From assembly GCA_051294375.1 (NCBI GenBank), contig CM119265.1:13384124-13448123 (forward strand): a stretch of 64,000 nucleotides of DNA, in the 5' to 3' direction. A program made the position numbers and the translations under genes. Positions 51,871-64,000 of the stretch are shown here, piece by piece. The DNA is from Paraspadella gotoi (lineage: Eukaryota > Animalia > Chaetognatha). Below the pieces are notes generated by a model. The model did no database searches. It saw nothing but the letters and a program-made list of their open reading frames with translations, and was not told the DNA's origin. Position 1 is the stretch's first letter. Every line of letters begins with the position of its first letter.

Positions 51871-53094
51871 AGAGATGTTGATGGCAACTATCCCGCACTT
51901 TTAAAAGTTCAACCCTTCTACCTTCTTTGTCCGTTTCTTTCACCTCTATTTCTTCTCTTCTCAAATTCAGGCCTCATTTCTTCCCATCTTTCTTATTCAA
52001 ACGCGATCTCTGCTGTTATGTGTCTCACTCTCATTTTCTCCTCTCTCTCTCTCATCTCTCTCTCTCTCTCCTCCTTCTTTGTCTCCTCATCTTCATCTTC
52101 TTCGAGTCTCCGTTTCGCCTTCAAGTGATGGAAATTCTATTTGTCCTTCCTTTTCAAGTCGTCCTTTCGCATCCCTAGGGGCAAAGGGGGTCGAAAGGGG
52201 TGGTAGAGGTGGGTAAAGTGTGGTAGGTGTGGGTGCGAGCGAGGAACGTTGAAAGAGCAGAAGATGAAAAGTGAATTAAAAACGTGAAGATTTAAAATAT
52301 GGAAAAATGGCGAACGATGACTTGAGATGAATGTGAAGTTGTTGGTGAGGAGGGATTAAGGGAAAAGGCCCGGAGTGAGTTTGTGAATGCAGGACAGAGG
52401 AGTGCTAGAGAATTCATAGACAATTTTGTCGGTTAGAAATCGGTTTTCGGGTCTATTTTTGAAAAGTTTTGTTTCCATTTGCATTAAACAAAAAGAAATT
52501 GTTTCGCTCGTTGTGATTTTGGACATTAGTGGATAAAAAAAAATCTTCGGAAATTAACGTGAGAAAAAAAATAAGAAATTGACTCAAGCTCGAGGGGGAA
52601 AAATAGAAACTCAAAAATGGCGATAAAATGGCTGCTCTGGGTGCCATATCAAATGTTTTCCTTGACTGCGGACGTTTTTTTTTTAGGCTGAGAAAGATGG
52701 GGAGGGAGGGGATTACATTTTTTTAAATTTTTTTTTCTTTTTTTAACAGTTGAAAAAACTTACTTAAATCTTAGTTTTTTAATATATTTTTGAGAGATCT
52801 AACAGTCGTTTACAGCAGTCATTCACCTCCTAACCCAAATGTGCCGGGTTCTCGCCTTGTCACCGTCTACAATTTCCGGGAGACGGTTTGACTTTTCTAT
52901 GTAACCCGGTTGCCGACGACTTGGATCGCCCTATAATTTGGTAATTCAACGGCCCTTTTGTACGTATATTTACATTTTAACTTTCATGGGACCTTAGCAT
53001 TTGCTAAAAATAGAAGAATGAATCATCTTGTTGCAAAAGTTTAGCTCGGTACTGTGGCTGTTAAATTCTTTAAAGCCGCAATACCAATATCTGT

Positions 53095-54052
53095 TAGAGC
53101 GTTGAAAAAATAACAAAATATAACAAATCAAGTGAGGTACATAGCTATTTTAGTGTAATGTAGTTTGTAGATTCGACGGTGATGACCATTTTTTTGTATA
53201 ATTTTATCTTTCTTGTCGGAATGGCGGTTTTTAATGTTTATAAATTGTTATAAAATAGCAAAACCATTATAAGTTATGATAAATCAAATTATTAAAATTT
53301 TAAAAAAATTATATGAGCTTTTGAAATATAAAAAAAAACTTATAAAAATATTTTGGTAAGTTTATTTTTAAATTTTATGTTTTTAAAAAGTTAGTTAACT
53401 ATATTTATTATAATTATGAGTAAAATTGGGCTAAAATTAAAAAATAATAATTTCAAAAATTTTTTATGATTTGCATTCTTTGGAAAAAGTTGATATAAGA
53501 AAATAATTTTATATCAAAATTATGTCATTAAGTTGGTCAAAATTCAGAAAAACTATAATTTTAAGCCAAAAATTGAAAAATTAAACAAAAAAGTTTTTAA
53601 TATTTTAATACTTAATGAAAGATTTTTTTAAAATGGTTCTTTTTATACTAATTTTTTGTAAGGAATTCAATCCGGTTTTTAAAATTTTAAAATTTTATTT
53701 TTTCACTTAGCTTTATTTTATTATTATTTATTAATAAATATAGCTAACAAACTATTAATAAAATATAAAATTTGTAAATAAACTTACAAAAATTTTATAG
53801 TGGTGTTTTATTTTCATATTATGTAAGTTAAATATAGCTTTTATAAAATCTTAATATTTTGAGTTTCTTATACTCTACAATGTTTGCTCCATTTTAATAG
53901 CACCTTATATGCTGCAAAATCGCCATTTCCGACAAAGATGAGACTATAACAAAAAATTGGTTATCATCATCGAATTCTACAGACTTTATTACACTAAAAT
54001 AGCTATGTACAATCACTTGATTTGTTATATTTTGTTATTTTTCAACGCCCTA
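53095..54052. mobile_element. Non-autonomous hAT-like MITE with ~135-bp imperfect TIRs and AT-rich interior
   Basis: tagagcgttgaaaaaataacaaaatataacaaatcaagtga... / ...tcacttgatttgttatattttgttatttttcaacgcccta. Perfect 8-bp TSD atatctgt at 53087-53094 and 54053-54060. Confidence 0.9.
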
Positions 54053-55814
54053 ATATCTGTGTTTATGCAACCCAAAAAAAAAGGAGACGCATCGCGGGCA
54101 AAATTGGAAACAGGAAAATAAAGATTCCGAGTTTGTTCTCGTAACCGGAAGCAAAATGTTCCGAGAGACGCTTTTTGAGGGCTCGGCTCACACCCTAGGG
54201 GCGGCGAGAGAGCGTGTAGCGTTGGGAGTGACGAGGGGTGCTTTAGCGAGGAAAGAGGAATATAAAAAGGGGTGATAAAAAAGGAAAGTGGGAGAGCGGT
54301 GAGTTTGGGTCAAGCAAAATCCAGTCCGGGGCTGAATCGCTAACGAAGCGCCGGCTTAAAAAGGGTGACCTTTGGCTATTCCGGGTAGATCTAGCGCCAA
54401 AATGCAAGCGCGGAATTTTATATGGTGCGTTAGATATGATGTTTTTTTTTTTTGAGGTGGTATCGTCTCCCTCCCCTCTCCCCCTCTTCCTTCTTTCCGT
54501 TCGACAAGTGCCAAGCAAGAAATGGATCCGCCCACAAAATATTTGCTCTCATTTTAGCAGCAAACTGATATTTTTTTCTTCCTTCCAGAAAAAAAAAATC
54601 TCTCTTTTTTTCATTCGATTTGTCGCTTTTTCTTTGCGATGGAAAAACGCCGCAGCGGGATTTCGAGCCGCCTTTTCTGCCCCCCCCCTCTGCCGCGCCT
54701 GCCGCCGCCGCCGCCGCCGCCACCACCGTCGGTATCCGCAGTCAAATTCCAATCCCCTTCCGCTTCCTTCCGAATCTCCGGCGTTTCTTAGCCAATGCCA
54801 ACTCGTTTGACACACCCGCCACCTCCCAAACCGTTCGCCAGAGGCGGCGTCTCCTCTGATTCCGAAACGAACGAACAAAAGACGGCGACAGTTCCGTCGC
54901 CCGTAGCCTTTTGTGTTTTCTTGAATAAGTTGTCTGAGGGACTTGAGTTTGTTCAGTTCTTTAAAACATCGAACGGATAATTTGGTTTCTGCTGATCTGG
55001 CTAGCTAGAGCCTAGACCAATGTCTCTTATGAGATTTGACGGGTTCTTTCAATGTCCGGTTAACTCAATTGCCATAACTGACCCGGATCGAACTAGGTGT
55101 CTCGTTCAATTTCGAATCTCTTCTCAAAATGTTTGTCCCGCCTGTGGTTTATGCCGCTAAACTCGCTGAAGTTTTTATTCGCGGTTGATAATGGTTCCCC
55201 GAAAAAAAATTGATACATCAACTTGGTACATTTTGTTTTTTTGCCCCCGATCATTGTCTTTATACATCGATTTAACCCGCCTTCGTTAGTCCCCGCTATA
55301 CCGCCGATGGTTTATTGCAATAAACTTCAAGGGCAGAAAGAAGAAAAAAAAAACCGATTGTCCTCGATAATATTCCTTCCCGCCAATGAATAGTCCCTTC
55401 CGCACTGATTTTCTCTCTCTCGCCCCTCGAATTGTCCCTTCAGTCGTTTGTCTCGCCGCAATGTCGCCTCAATTTCTCAGTTTGTCTCCGCCATTTTTTT
55501 TTTATTCCCGATTCACGTGACCCTGCATCCAATTTCCTCGTCCCGGAGGCACGGCCTCTAAATTCGTCCCCGGCCTTCTCCCCCCCCCTGCTTTTTTTTT
55601 TCTCTCCGCGTAAAGTAATTGCGATTCGCGACTGGCGCTGCGAGCTTTTCAATTCTCCTTCTCTTCTCTTCATTTACATTCATTTGCGATTGATTCGTTT
55701 GCAAAAAAAATTTGGGGGGGGGGGAAAGTGAAACGTTTTAAAAACGAGGAATTAGTTAATAGTGATGTGGGTAATTCTAATTGGAATAGCTCGTAAAATT
55801 TATATCAGTTACAA

Positions 55815-56412
55815 TCATGATTGAAAGCTTGCGGGGTTCTGCTATGTTATTATCTTGTAAGAGGAATGGAGGGAAAGATAGCTTATTCATTAAAGGAATG
55901 GATATGGGATAATTTATATATTGGTAGTGATGGAACATTGTGGAATCGAATTTTTAGGCACTAAGTAAAAGGTACTAAAGGGTACTAAAGGAAATAAAAG
56001 TGCTAAAGGTACTAAAGGGCTTCCCATGAACAGAACCTGTTTAATGGCTGCCCCCAAAGCGGACGACCGGTTTTTTGAATTTGATTTCTCAACCGAGGCT
56101 GTGCTTTAAAAAAACATTGGGTTCATATTTTTCTAAACGCCTGTTGTATTTTTTTTTCAACTTCTTTTAAACTTTTTTAGGATGAACATAAGTGCTATGT
56201 ATACTTTTTTAAAAACTTCATATGGTTTGCATGGTTTAACCTTTGCTTATGAAAATCGTATAACCAATTTAAAAATTATTAAATCATTTAATAAATAATA
56301 AACAAGCTGTTGTGCCCCTCACTTTTGGACAATCTATGGTGGATTAAGGCCTCCATCCCAGACCATCCCTCTTACAAGACCCTGCAAAAATTCAATCAAG
56401 ATTCTCTCAAAG
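55815..56412. repeat. Two diverged copies of the short dispersed repeat family in opposite orientation (55815-55930 +, 56290-56412 -)
   Basis: tatgttattatcttgtaagaggaatggagg and gcccctcacttttggac..ttaaggcctccatc..ctcttacaagac..ttcaatcaagattctc. Confidence 0.65.
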
Positions 56413-56550
56413 TCTAATTTATTCATTCTTAGAGTACTTTGCTTCCCTATCAATGAAGTGGTATATTATTTCAAAGAATATTTAAACTTTCAATCGTATC
56501 AAAGGATCGCTCCCTTAAGTATTAGATCGGGGAATTGTTATTCATGTTAA

Positions 56551-56614
<64 letters not shown>

Positions 56615-56686
56615 GTGTGTTTTTTATGACATAAGTTTTATTTTTATTCCAAAACATCGAAGTTCCTTCGCGGGAGAGAGACAGAT

Positions 56687-56820
<134 letters not shown>

Positions 56821-56981
56821 AAGGTGGGATTCATTCATGTTCGTTCAAGCAAACCGAACGATAAAACGAACATGAGAATCTATTGGACATGTTTCCCAAA
56901 AAAATATCTTCGTTTTTTTCTCACGTACAATGCTTTTAACAATAACAAATTTATTTATTAGAAACGTCTTTGAAAAAAAAA

Positions 56982-57400
56982 ATGTTTGACTACCGGCATA
57001 ACTTGATGCGAAACGGAGCGGTTAACCGCAACCGATACCAACGAGATCCGCCCTCCGACTACGTGAACGTTTTCGATCAAAGCTGGCGATTAATTCAAGA
57101 GGGAATCATGGATTCCGATCGAATGGAACTCGTGGAAATGGGCGGCGTTGGCGGCGGGAATTTTAGCGGCGTAGTTAGCGGCGGGGTTGGCGACGCCCAC
57201 GACAGAGTCGACGGCGAGTTGATCGCTGACGACGACGGGGAGGAAGATTGGACGTTTTACTATTCCGGACAGAGAAACCAAGAGGAATTTCAGAAGGACG
57301 GTAAAATGACAAAAGGGGATAAGTTAGTAACATTTTAGAATTTATTTTATCGTTAAAAGATAATATTGAAGCGGTGTGAGAGAGAAGAGAGAGAGAGGAG

Positions 57401-57453
<53 letters not shown>

Positions 57454-60400
57454 CCTTACACGTACCTCCAAATCCCAGTTCTTCGCCATTGGTCCGACGC
57501 ATCGCCGAAGATCAAAGAGTCCGACTTTTTTCGCCGCGAATGTATCGTCTTCGTCCCCAAGACTCCGAGCGGCGCTAATCGCGACACCGATGAATCATCC
57601 GGCGCCAACGTTCAACCTCCGTGCGTGTGCGGACGATCAAAGGCCGATCACGAGTCGACGAATTTAAACTCGGCGCTGCCCGAGACGCCCTCTGGTAGAT
57701 ACTGAGACCGACAATATAAATAGTAACGCCTCTCGGCTTTGTGACAGTTATCACAAGTACTTATCTCTTCTTCGTCCGGTTTTGACGGTTTCATTCTCTG
57801 CCGAAATAATAATAGTTTGATGATAAACAATATAAATTATCATATAACTTATGAAAAAACCTTTTTTTTTCTTTTCCTGGCCAAGACACCCCGACAGTTC
57901 CCTTCCCCAAACCGCCGCCATGGTCAATGCAGAAATGCACCTCTCGCCTCCCCACCAACGCCTTCGGAAGCCTCAACTTTGTCGTCAACGGGAAGTCAGT
58001 CGGATTCGGAAATAGGCAGAAGAAATTCATTAGGATCGCGGCGCCCGAAGATTTAGAGTCGAGAGAAGGTGAGCTATCCTTCAGTCAATCTATAAATCAA
58101 ATATTTAATAAATCAATCAATATGTACAGCATATTTCTAAATCGATATTTAAAATTGAACATTCAAAAATAAAAATCAATCGATCAAAATAAAAGTCAAT
58201 AAAATTAATTTCTTGTAAAAAAGGTATTGATTTTTTGGAAGCGACGAAGCAATTGCTTGTTCAAAAATGGAAACTCGGAAGACCCAGTCTCATTTTATCG
58301 ATAACCGGCGGCGCCAAAGATTTTAAAATTCCACCAAAAGTAAGGGCGGGAATTGAGGAAGGTCGTAGACAGATATTATTTCGGTAAGACTGTAAGTGTT
58401 ACCGTTACTGTATTACGACTGTTATAATCCTTTAAGCTTCTTGAAAAATTAAGAAAGTTCTCTATCGAAAATTTCATGTTCTATGATTTTCTCTCCACCA
58501 GATAACCACCGCCTTCCAATCTTCCATCGAACGCCTGGTTCAACTCTCTCCACGAGTGTGGTTGGTAACGGGCGGAACCCACACCGGGGTGATGAAATTG
58601 GTGGGCAAAGCCTTCAAGAACTTCGTGCTAACGCGCATTCCCGACGAGGGCGCCCACCGACGGCCCCAGATGGTCTGCCTGGGCGTGGCACCCTGGGGCG
58701 TGGTACATCATCGGCAGCGTCTCGTCGACGCCGATGGCGGCGCTGTTGACTACGAGATCGACAAGGGAGTTGACGAGGTGAATCCAGGGGAAGAGGAGAG
58801 GTTGTAGTTTTGAAAAACGTTTTTATTTTGAATATAATTAATCTTCTTTCATTTTGATTAGATTTAAAAAATACTTAAAAAATGAATAACTTTTCATTTC
58901 GATTTCTTGATATTTCATTGCCTACATTTCGAAAAGGGCAGCACCTTCGACGTCAGCCTCGATCCCAACCACTCTCACTTTCTCCTGTCGGACGACGGAC
59001 GACTCGAATACGGCGCCGACATCGGACTCCGAGCTAAACTGGAGGAGCACGTGGCCAACACGGTGCAGCCAGGCACGAGAGTGCCTCTCGTCGCCGTGCT
59101 CCTGGAAGGTGGACCGGGATCGTTGAAGACGGTCGCCGAGGGCGTCTCCGTTCGGACGCCCTGCATCGTCGTCGCCGGAACCGGCAGAGCAGCCGATGTC
59201 ATCGTGGAGACTGACGAGATGTTCGGGAAGTTCTTAGCGACTCAAGAGGGTATGATCGGGAATAAGAAACGAAACTTACAAAAATATTTAAAATTAACTT
59301 GATTTTTTTAGTCAGTTTTTTCAATTAATATTTGTCTATAAATATATATATTATTGTAAATTGGTATTATTTATCAATATTTACATTTTTCTCCCAACTC
59401 CAAACCAGGCTCCACCGTCGAAGAATTCGCCTCGAATCGCTCCGCCGAAATCCGAGAAGTCCTCAAGCGTCACAAGATGGATATCGACGACCCTTCCAAG
59501 CTGCTCGACCCTCTTTACAAAATCCTCCGGAACCGGGAATACCTCCACGTCTTCGCCGTCGACGACGACGATTCCACGAACGACTTGGCCAAGGTGATCC
59601 TCCACGCCGTCCTCGTTAAGGCCGAGCGGGAGGCCGCCGGCAGGGACGAGGACGAGGCGGTCAACGCGTGGAACATCCTCTGGTTGGCCTTTCGGTGGAA
59701 TCGCATCGCGACAGCGCGGACCATCCTCGGAAAATCGGCGCGAATGCTGGACAACGACGACGTATTTGAACTGTTCAACCAGGCGCTCATCATGAAAAGG
59801 TGCCATATTTTTAAGATTCAAGACGAATGAGGTATTTTGAAAATTGATAAAAACCCTTTTTTTTCACAGATGCGGGTTTCTGGAACTGCTCCTCGGCGAT
59901 TCCAACGTGTTTCCCATCAAAGAATACAGTCAATCGCCAAAATTTACGCAGATCTTCGGTTACTTGGCCAACCGCAAGCAATTTGACCAGTTGGCAAATT
60001 GGGCCGAGATTCTTGACTCGATCTTTCGACGAAAAATCGGAGATTTTTTCAAAAACGGCTCTGAATTTTTGAGAAAAAACTTTTTCGGCAGCCTCTTCGT
60101 CTGGGCGTTGTTAAGAAACGATTTCGACGTCGGCATGGCAGTATTTTTCCTCATGAAATCCAATTACCCCATCGCACACTGCTTGATCGCCTGTAATATA
60201 TTTCGAAAAAGGGCCCTACGAGAGAGCAACGACCAAGCCGCTCGAGACATGGAGGAACAAGCCCTATCCTTTGAACAGATCGCCGCGAACATTTTGGAAA
60301 AGTGTTACCGAGGCTCGGACGTCAGAGCAAAGCTTCTTCTCGTTCGTGAACTGTTGCCGCTTGGTCGTTCGTCCGTCGTTCAGCTGGCCATACACGGCAA

Positions 60401-62219
60401 CTGCAAGAATTTCATAAGTCACCAAGCGTGCCAAGAGCTTTTCCAAACCATCTGGCTCAATCAAATCCCCAACAACTTGGGATTCTTGAGATTCTTCGCC
60501 TGCATGCTCTGTCCTCCCTTGGCTCTTTGCCTGTTGAAGAAAAACGGGAAATACCAGGCGGAAGAAGAATTCGTGGCGCCTGATTTCCGTTTCGTCTTGT
60601 CTAACGGAACCGGGACGCATCAGAGATCCTGGTCGATCGCTTATGCCAAGTTGATGAGAATGTCGAGTTTGGATCGACAGGAATCCGTCAGGATCGCCTC
60701 GTCGTCGAGGAGAGCCGAGTTGAAGGACAATTTCTTGGCGCTGACGGAGATCGGAATCGACGTGGGATTCCAGGCCTCGGATTCCGCTTGGACGGAGATG
60801 AGGAGATTTTGCGAAGCGCCCGTCGTCAAGTTCTATTGGTCGCTCATCACCTACGTGGTTCGTACAATGTACACAATTAATTTTATTTTACATATTTGCT
60901 AAAAAATTTATTTATTTCCCTTTCCCAAGATTTTCTTGGCAATTTTTGCCACGCATATCCTGCAACCGGCCGACGTTCTCACCGAAACTCACTTCTCTGC
61001 CATCGAAATCTTCCTCTTCGTCTTTTGGCTCAACTTTCTCTGCCAAGAAATCTTCCAAGTTTTCTACTCGGACATGCAGGGGAAACTGGAAAAGGTCAAG
61101 GAGCACTTCGAGTCGGCCTGGAACATTCTCGATTCGTTGATCATCGGCTTCATGGTCCTCACACTGACTCTGCGAATCGCTGGCCTATTTCTCGACGAGA
61201 CCTTCGAGGAAGACGACGTCTCTATCTTGGTCAAAATGAGCTACTCCGCTTTGTTCCTCCTGTTTTGCATCCGCATCTTGGCCATCTACACGGCGTCTCC
61301 GCTGCTCGGTCCCAAATTGGTCATGATCAAGAGGATGGTGGCGGATTTGTTCTTCTTTATGTCCATTTTGATGGTGTTCGTGATTTCCTACGGGATCGTC
61401 TGCCAAAGCCTCTTTCAGTCGGTGATGAAGAGATGTCACCAAGGCGTCTTCAACGAGACCTACAGTGTGTCGGACATTTTCAGCGAACCCTATTGGAACC
61501 TAATGGGAGAGTTGGGCTTGGATCGATGGCTGGACCTCGATTCGCAGAGGAAAATGTGTATCATGGCTCGGCATTGGCTTTTTCCCGGTCTGCAAGCCAT
61601 CTATCTTCTCATAAGCTCTATCCTCTTGCTCAATCTGCTCATCGCAATGTTCAGTCAGACGTTCAGCGAAGTACAAGAAGAATCGCTCAAAATTTGGGCC
61701 TTTAACCGGCACGATTTGATTCTCGAGTACAGGGTGCGTTCGGCGCTTCCACAACCCATCGCTTTGATAGAATTTTTGTTCAGGTAAACGAAAATATCTG
61801 CTTAAACCTGTAATTAACGCGTTAAAGAGGCCTAACTTTACTGAGATCACGGACAAGAAATAAGTTTAACGTGAGTAAAATAAAAAAAATAACCAGAAAA
61901 GAAAAGGATGAAAAAATCAAAATGAAACAATCGTAAAATAAATTCAAATTATTCATTGTCCTCAAGATTAATACGAATGGCGTTTGGCCACCACTTCGGC
62001 TCTAAAAAGATCGTGGAGCGAAGCAGCTGCCTCAAGTTGAAGCTGGAGCGCAACCTCCAAGTCTGGGCGGACGAGGGCCGCTGGGCCCAGCGCTTCGCTA
62101 AGACGCTCAAGCGATGGGAGTTCGCCGTCGCTCAGCGTCTCTTCCATGCGGAGAGAGAGAGGTTGTCACGCGCCTTCGAAGATCGACGCCGCGGAAACGA
62201 ATCGGCTTCGATCGATTGA
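56982..62219 (+). CDS. TRPM: TRPM-family cation channel (TRPM2/4/5-like architecture)
   Basis: About 10 exons. RECIVFVP..CVCGR, TNAFG, PSLILSITGGAKDF, WLVTGGTHTGVMKLVG, LGVAPWG, LDPNHSHFLLSDDG and LLEGGPGSL..VVAGTGRAAD form MHR1/2 (SLOG). Then WNRIATAR, LFVWALL, NFISHQACQ, F..AP.VKF, six TMs, LGPKLVMIKRMVADLFFF, ILLLNLLIAMFS and TRP helix VQEESLKIWAFNRHDLILEY. True start and 3' end uncertain. Confidence 0.93.
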
Positions 62220-62431
62220 GATCGAAATAATCAATCAGGGTCACTCAGTCAACATACTCATTACTCAATAACCCGAAATTGTGATTATTTTTTCAGATTT
62301 TTTGTTGCTTTTCATTTCAAATTTATAATCTTAAACTATCTAAATAAAATAACTTCTTCCCTCGTCCTACATATTTTTAATGAAACAAACTTGGTCGTGT
62401 AACTAGGTTATTTTAATGCAAATATACAGTC

Positions 62432-62467
<36 letters not shown>

Positions 62468-63464
62468 CAACAGTTTTGTGCTAAAAAGACTCTGTGATTA
62501 AAAAGCACAATCGTGATACGAGACATCCAGTGCAAATGTGTAAAAAAAGAAAAAATAAGAGAGAGAGAAAGAAAGAAAGAAAGAAGAAAGAAAGTAATGT
62601 CTGAGATCCCACGAAAGTCGTATGAGTCGAAGTGGTCGGCGTTTAATTTGATATATCTATTTTGGCCAGTTTGACTGTGGGGAAGAGAAGAGAAAATTGG
62701 CCATTTCGATCTCGTACGCCGTCTCTTCGCCCAGTTAGACTTGTGATGCTATGGAGATGAGGTAGGGAGCGACCAATTCGTCTCGCTTCGAAAGGTATGA
62801 ATAGTCCGGGTATGACATGGATGTCGATGATATGAGTTCTGGATCCGGTCTTTATAATCGTGATCGAAGGTTGGTTGGTTGCGATCGATGTCATTCTTCG
62901 TTTTTTTTGTGGGTAGAAAGTAGAGGAAAGGCCTTTATTTCGGACAGAACATGGAAAAGCGAACACAATTCACATACTCTCCGGGTTACTGCTATTAGTA
63001 CCATATTATAGATGAATTTTGTCTTCTATTATTATGTTTTCTTGGTTTAAATAACCCCCTTTATCAGATAGAACCCTTACCGAAGAGAGAATGGTCGTTC
63101 AAAAGAAACGCAAAATATCGTGAAAATAGAAAAAAAAACCTTAAAATCAAAAGCTATTTAATATTTCCGGTATAACATTCAGCTGGGTTTAAATACGATT
63201 TATTTACGGGACGATTAAGCGATCTATTGTATTTCTATTTGCTCGTTATCTATCGTTTAACATGTTACAGAATGAGCATTAGTATGCGGACACGTTTCAG
63301 AAAGAAGAGAGAACAGAACAGAGAAAACCTATATCATCGTGATATTTCCTTCTCGTTCATCCCAAGATCTCTCTTCTCTCTTCTCTCTCTCTCTCTCTCT
63401 CTTTCTTTCTCATCGCTCTCTCTCTTCTCTCTAAATAATCTTCGTTTTTTTTTTCTCTCTCTCT

Positions 63465-63501
<37 letters not shown>

Positions 63502-64000
63502 TCTCTTCTCTTCTCATCTCGCTCTCTCTCTTCTCTCCTTCATTAACTAAGCCAACAGATATTAACTTTTAACCATTTTAAATTTTGGTTTAAGTCACCA
63601 AAAAATTTTTTTGTCTACGAATTTTTTTTTTCTACTGAGTGTTTTGTTTAATATATAATGTGGCGCTGAAAATATGGGAAAACCAGTTGCGCACAATTAA
63701 TTTTCTCTTCTTTTCTCTTTTGCTTCCTCTTCTCTCTCTCTTCTCCTCTCTCTCTCTCCTCTCTTCTCTCTTCGTCTCTCTCCTCTCTCTCTCACTCTCT
63801 TCTCTCTTTCTCTTCCTCTCTATCTATTCATTATCCCGTTTCAAACTCCCTGTCTGTTATTTTTTTCCAGGTCCCTCCCCGCCCCATCACATTCTCCCCC
63901 CAACCCCCCGCCCTTCGATTAGACTCTTTTTTCTATTTTCCTGCCGTGCCGCGTGTACCACCGTTTTTTTTGTCGATCGATTGTTTTTCTTTTTTTTTTT

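Overview
Eukaryotic genomic DNA from an AT-rich invertebrate animal, very rich in (GA/TC)n microsatellites. It looks like an unpolished long-read assembly: two N gaps with flanking false duplications and single-base indels in several exons. Eight intron-containing genes can be reconstructed by hand: two tandem LITAF/CDIP1-family genes (+), a divergent class A GPCR (-), an invertebrate-type troponin C (-), a secreted trypsin-like serine protease (+), an SLC35A nucleotide-sugar transporter (-), an uncharacterised four-repeat protein (-) and a TRPM-family channel (+). Mobile DNA includes two non-autonomous hAT-type elements with 8-bp TSDs, one carrying a nested 5'-truncated Penelope-like retroelement with inverted pLTRs and two minimal hammerhead ribozymes. 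There is also a CAG-ended MITE, a 476-bp intronic palindrome, a Helentron/HINE-like remnant and a short dispersed repeat family. The most striking candidate for new biology is the uncharacterised gene at 37180-40619: a predicted N-myristoylated protein with four ~95-aa repeats whose 58-aa last exon carries all three classes of ESCRT 'late domain' (PPPY x2, PSAP, terminal LYPxL), a Gag-like budding layout in a cellular multi-intron gene. Also notable are intronic arrays built from copies of exon|intron donor junctions, a LITAF paralogue lacking its membrane anchor, and frequent AAG acceptors. All gene models are manual and unverified by RNA data.
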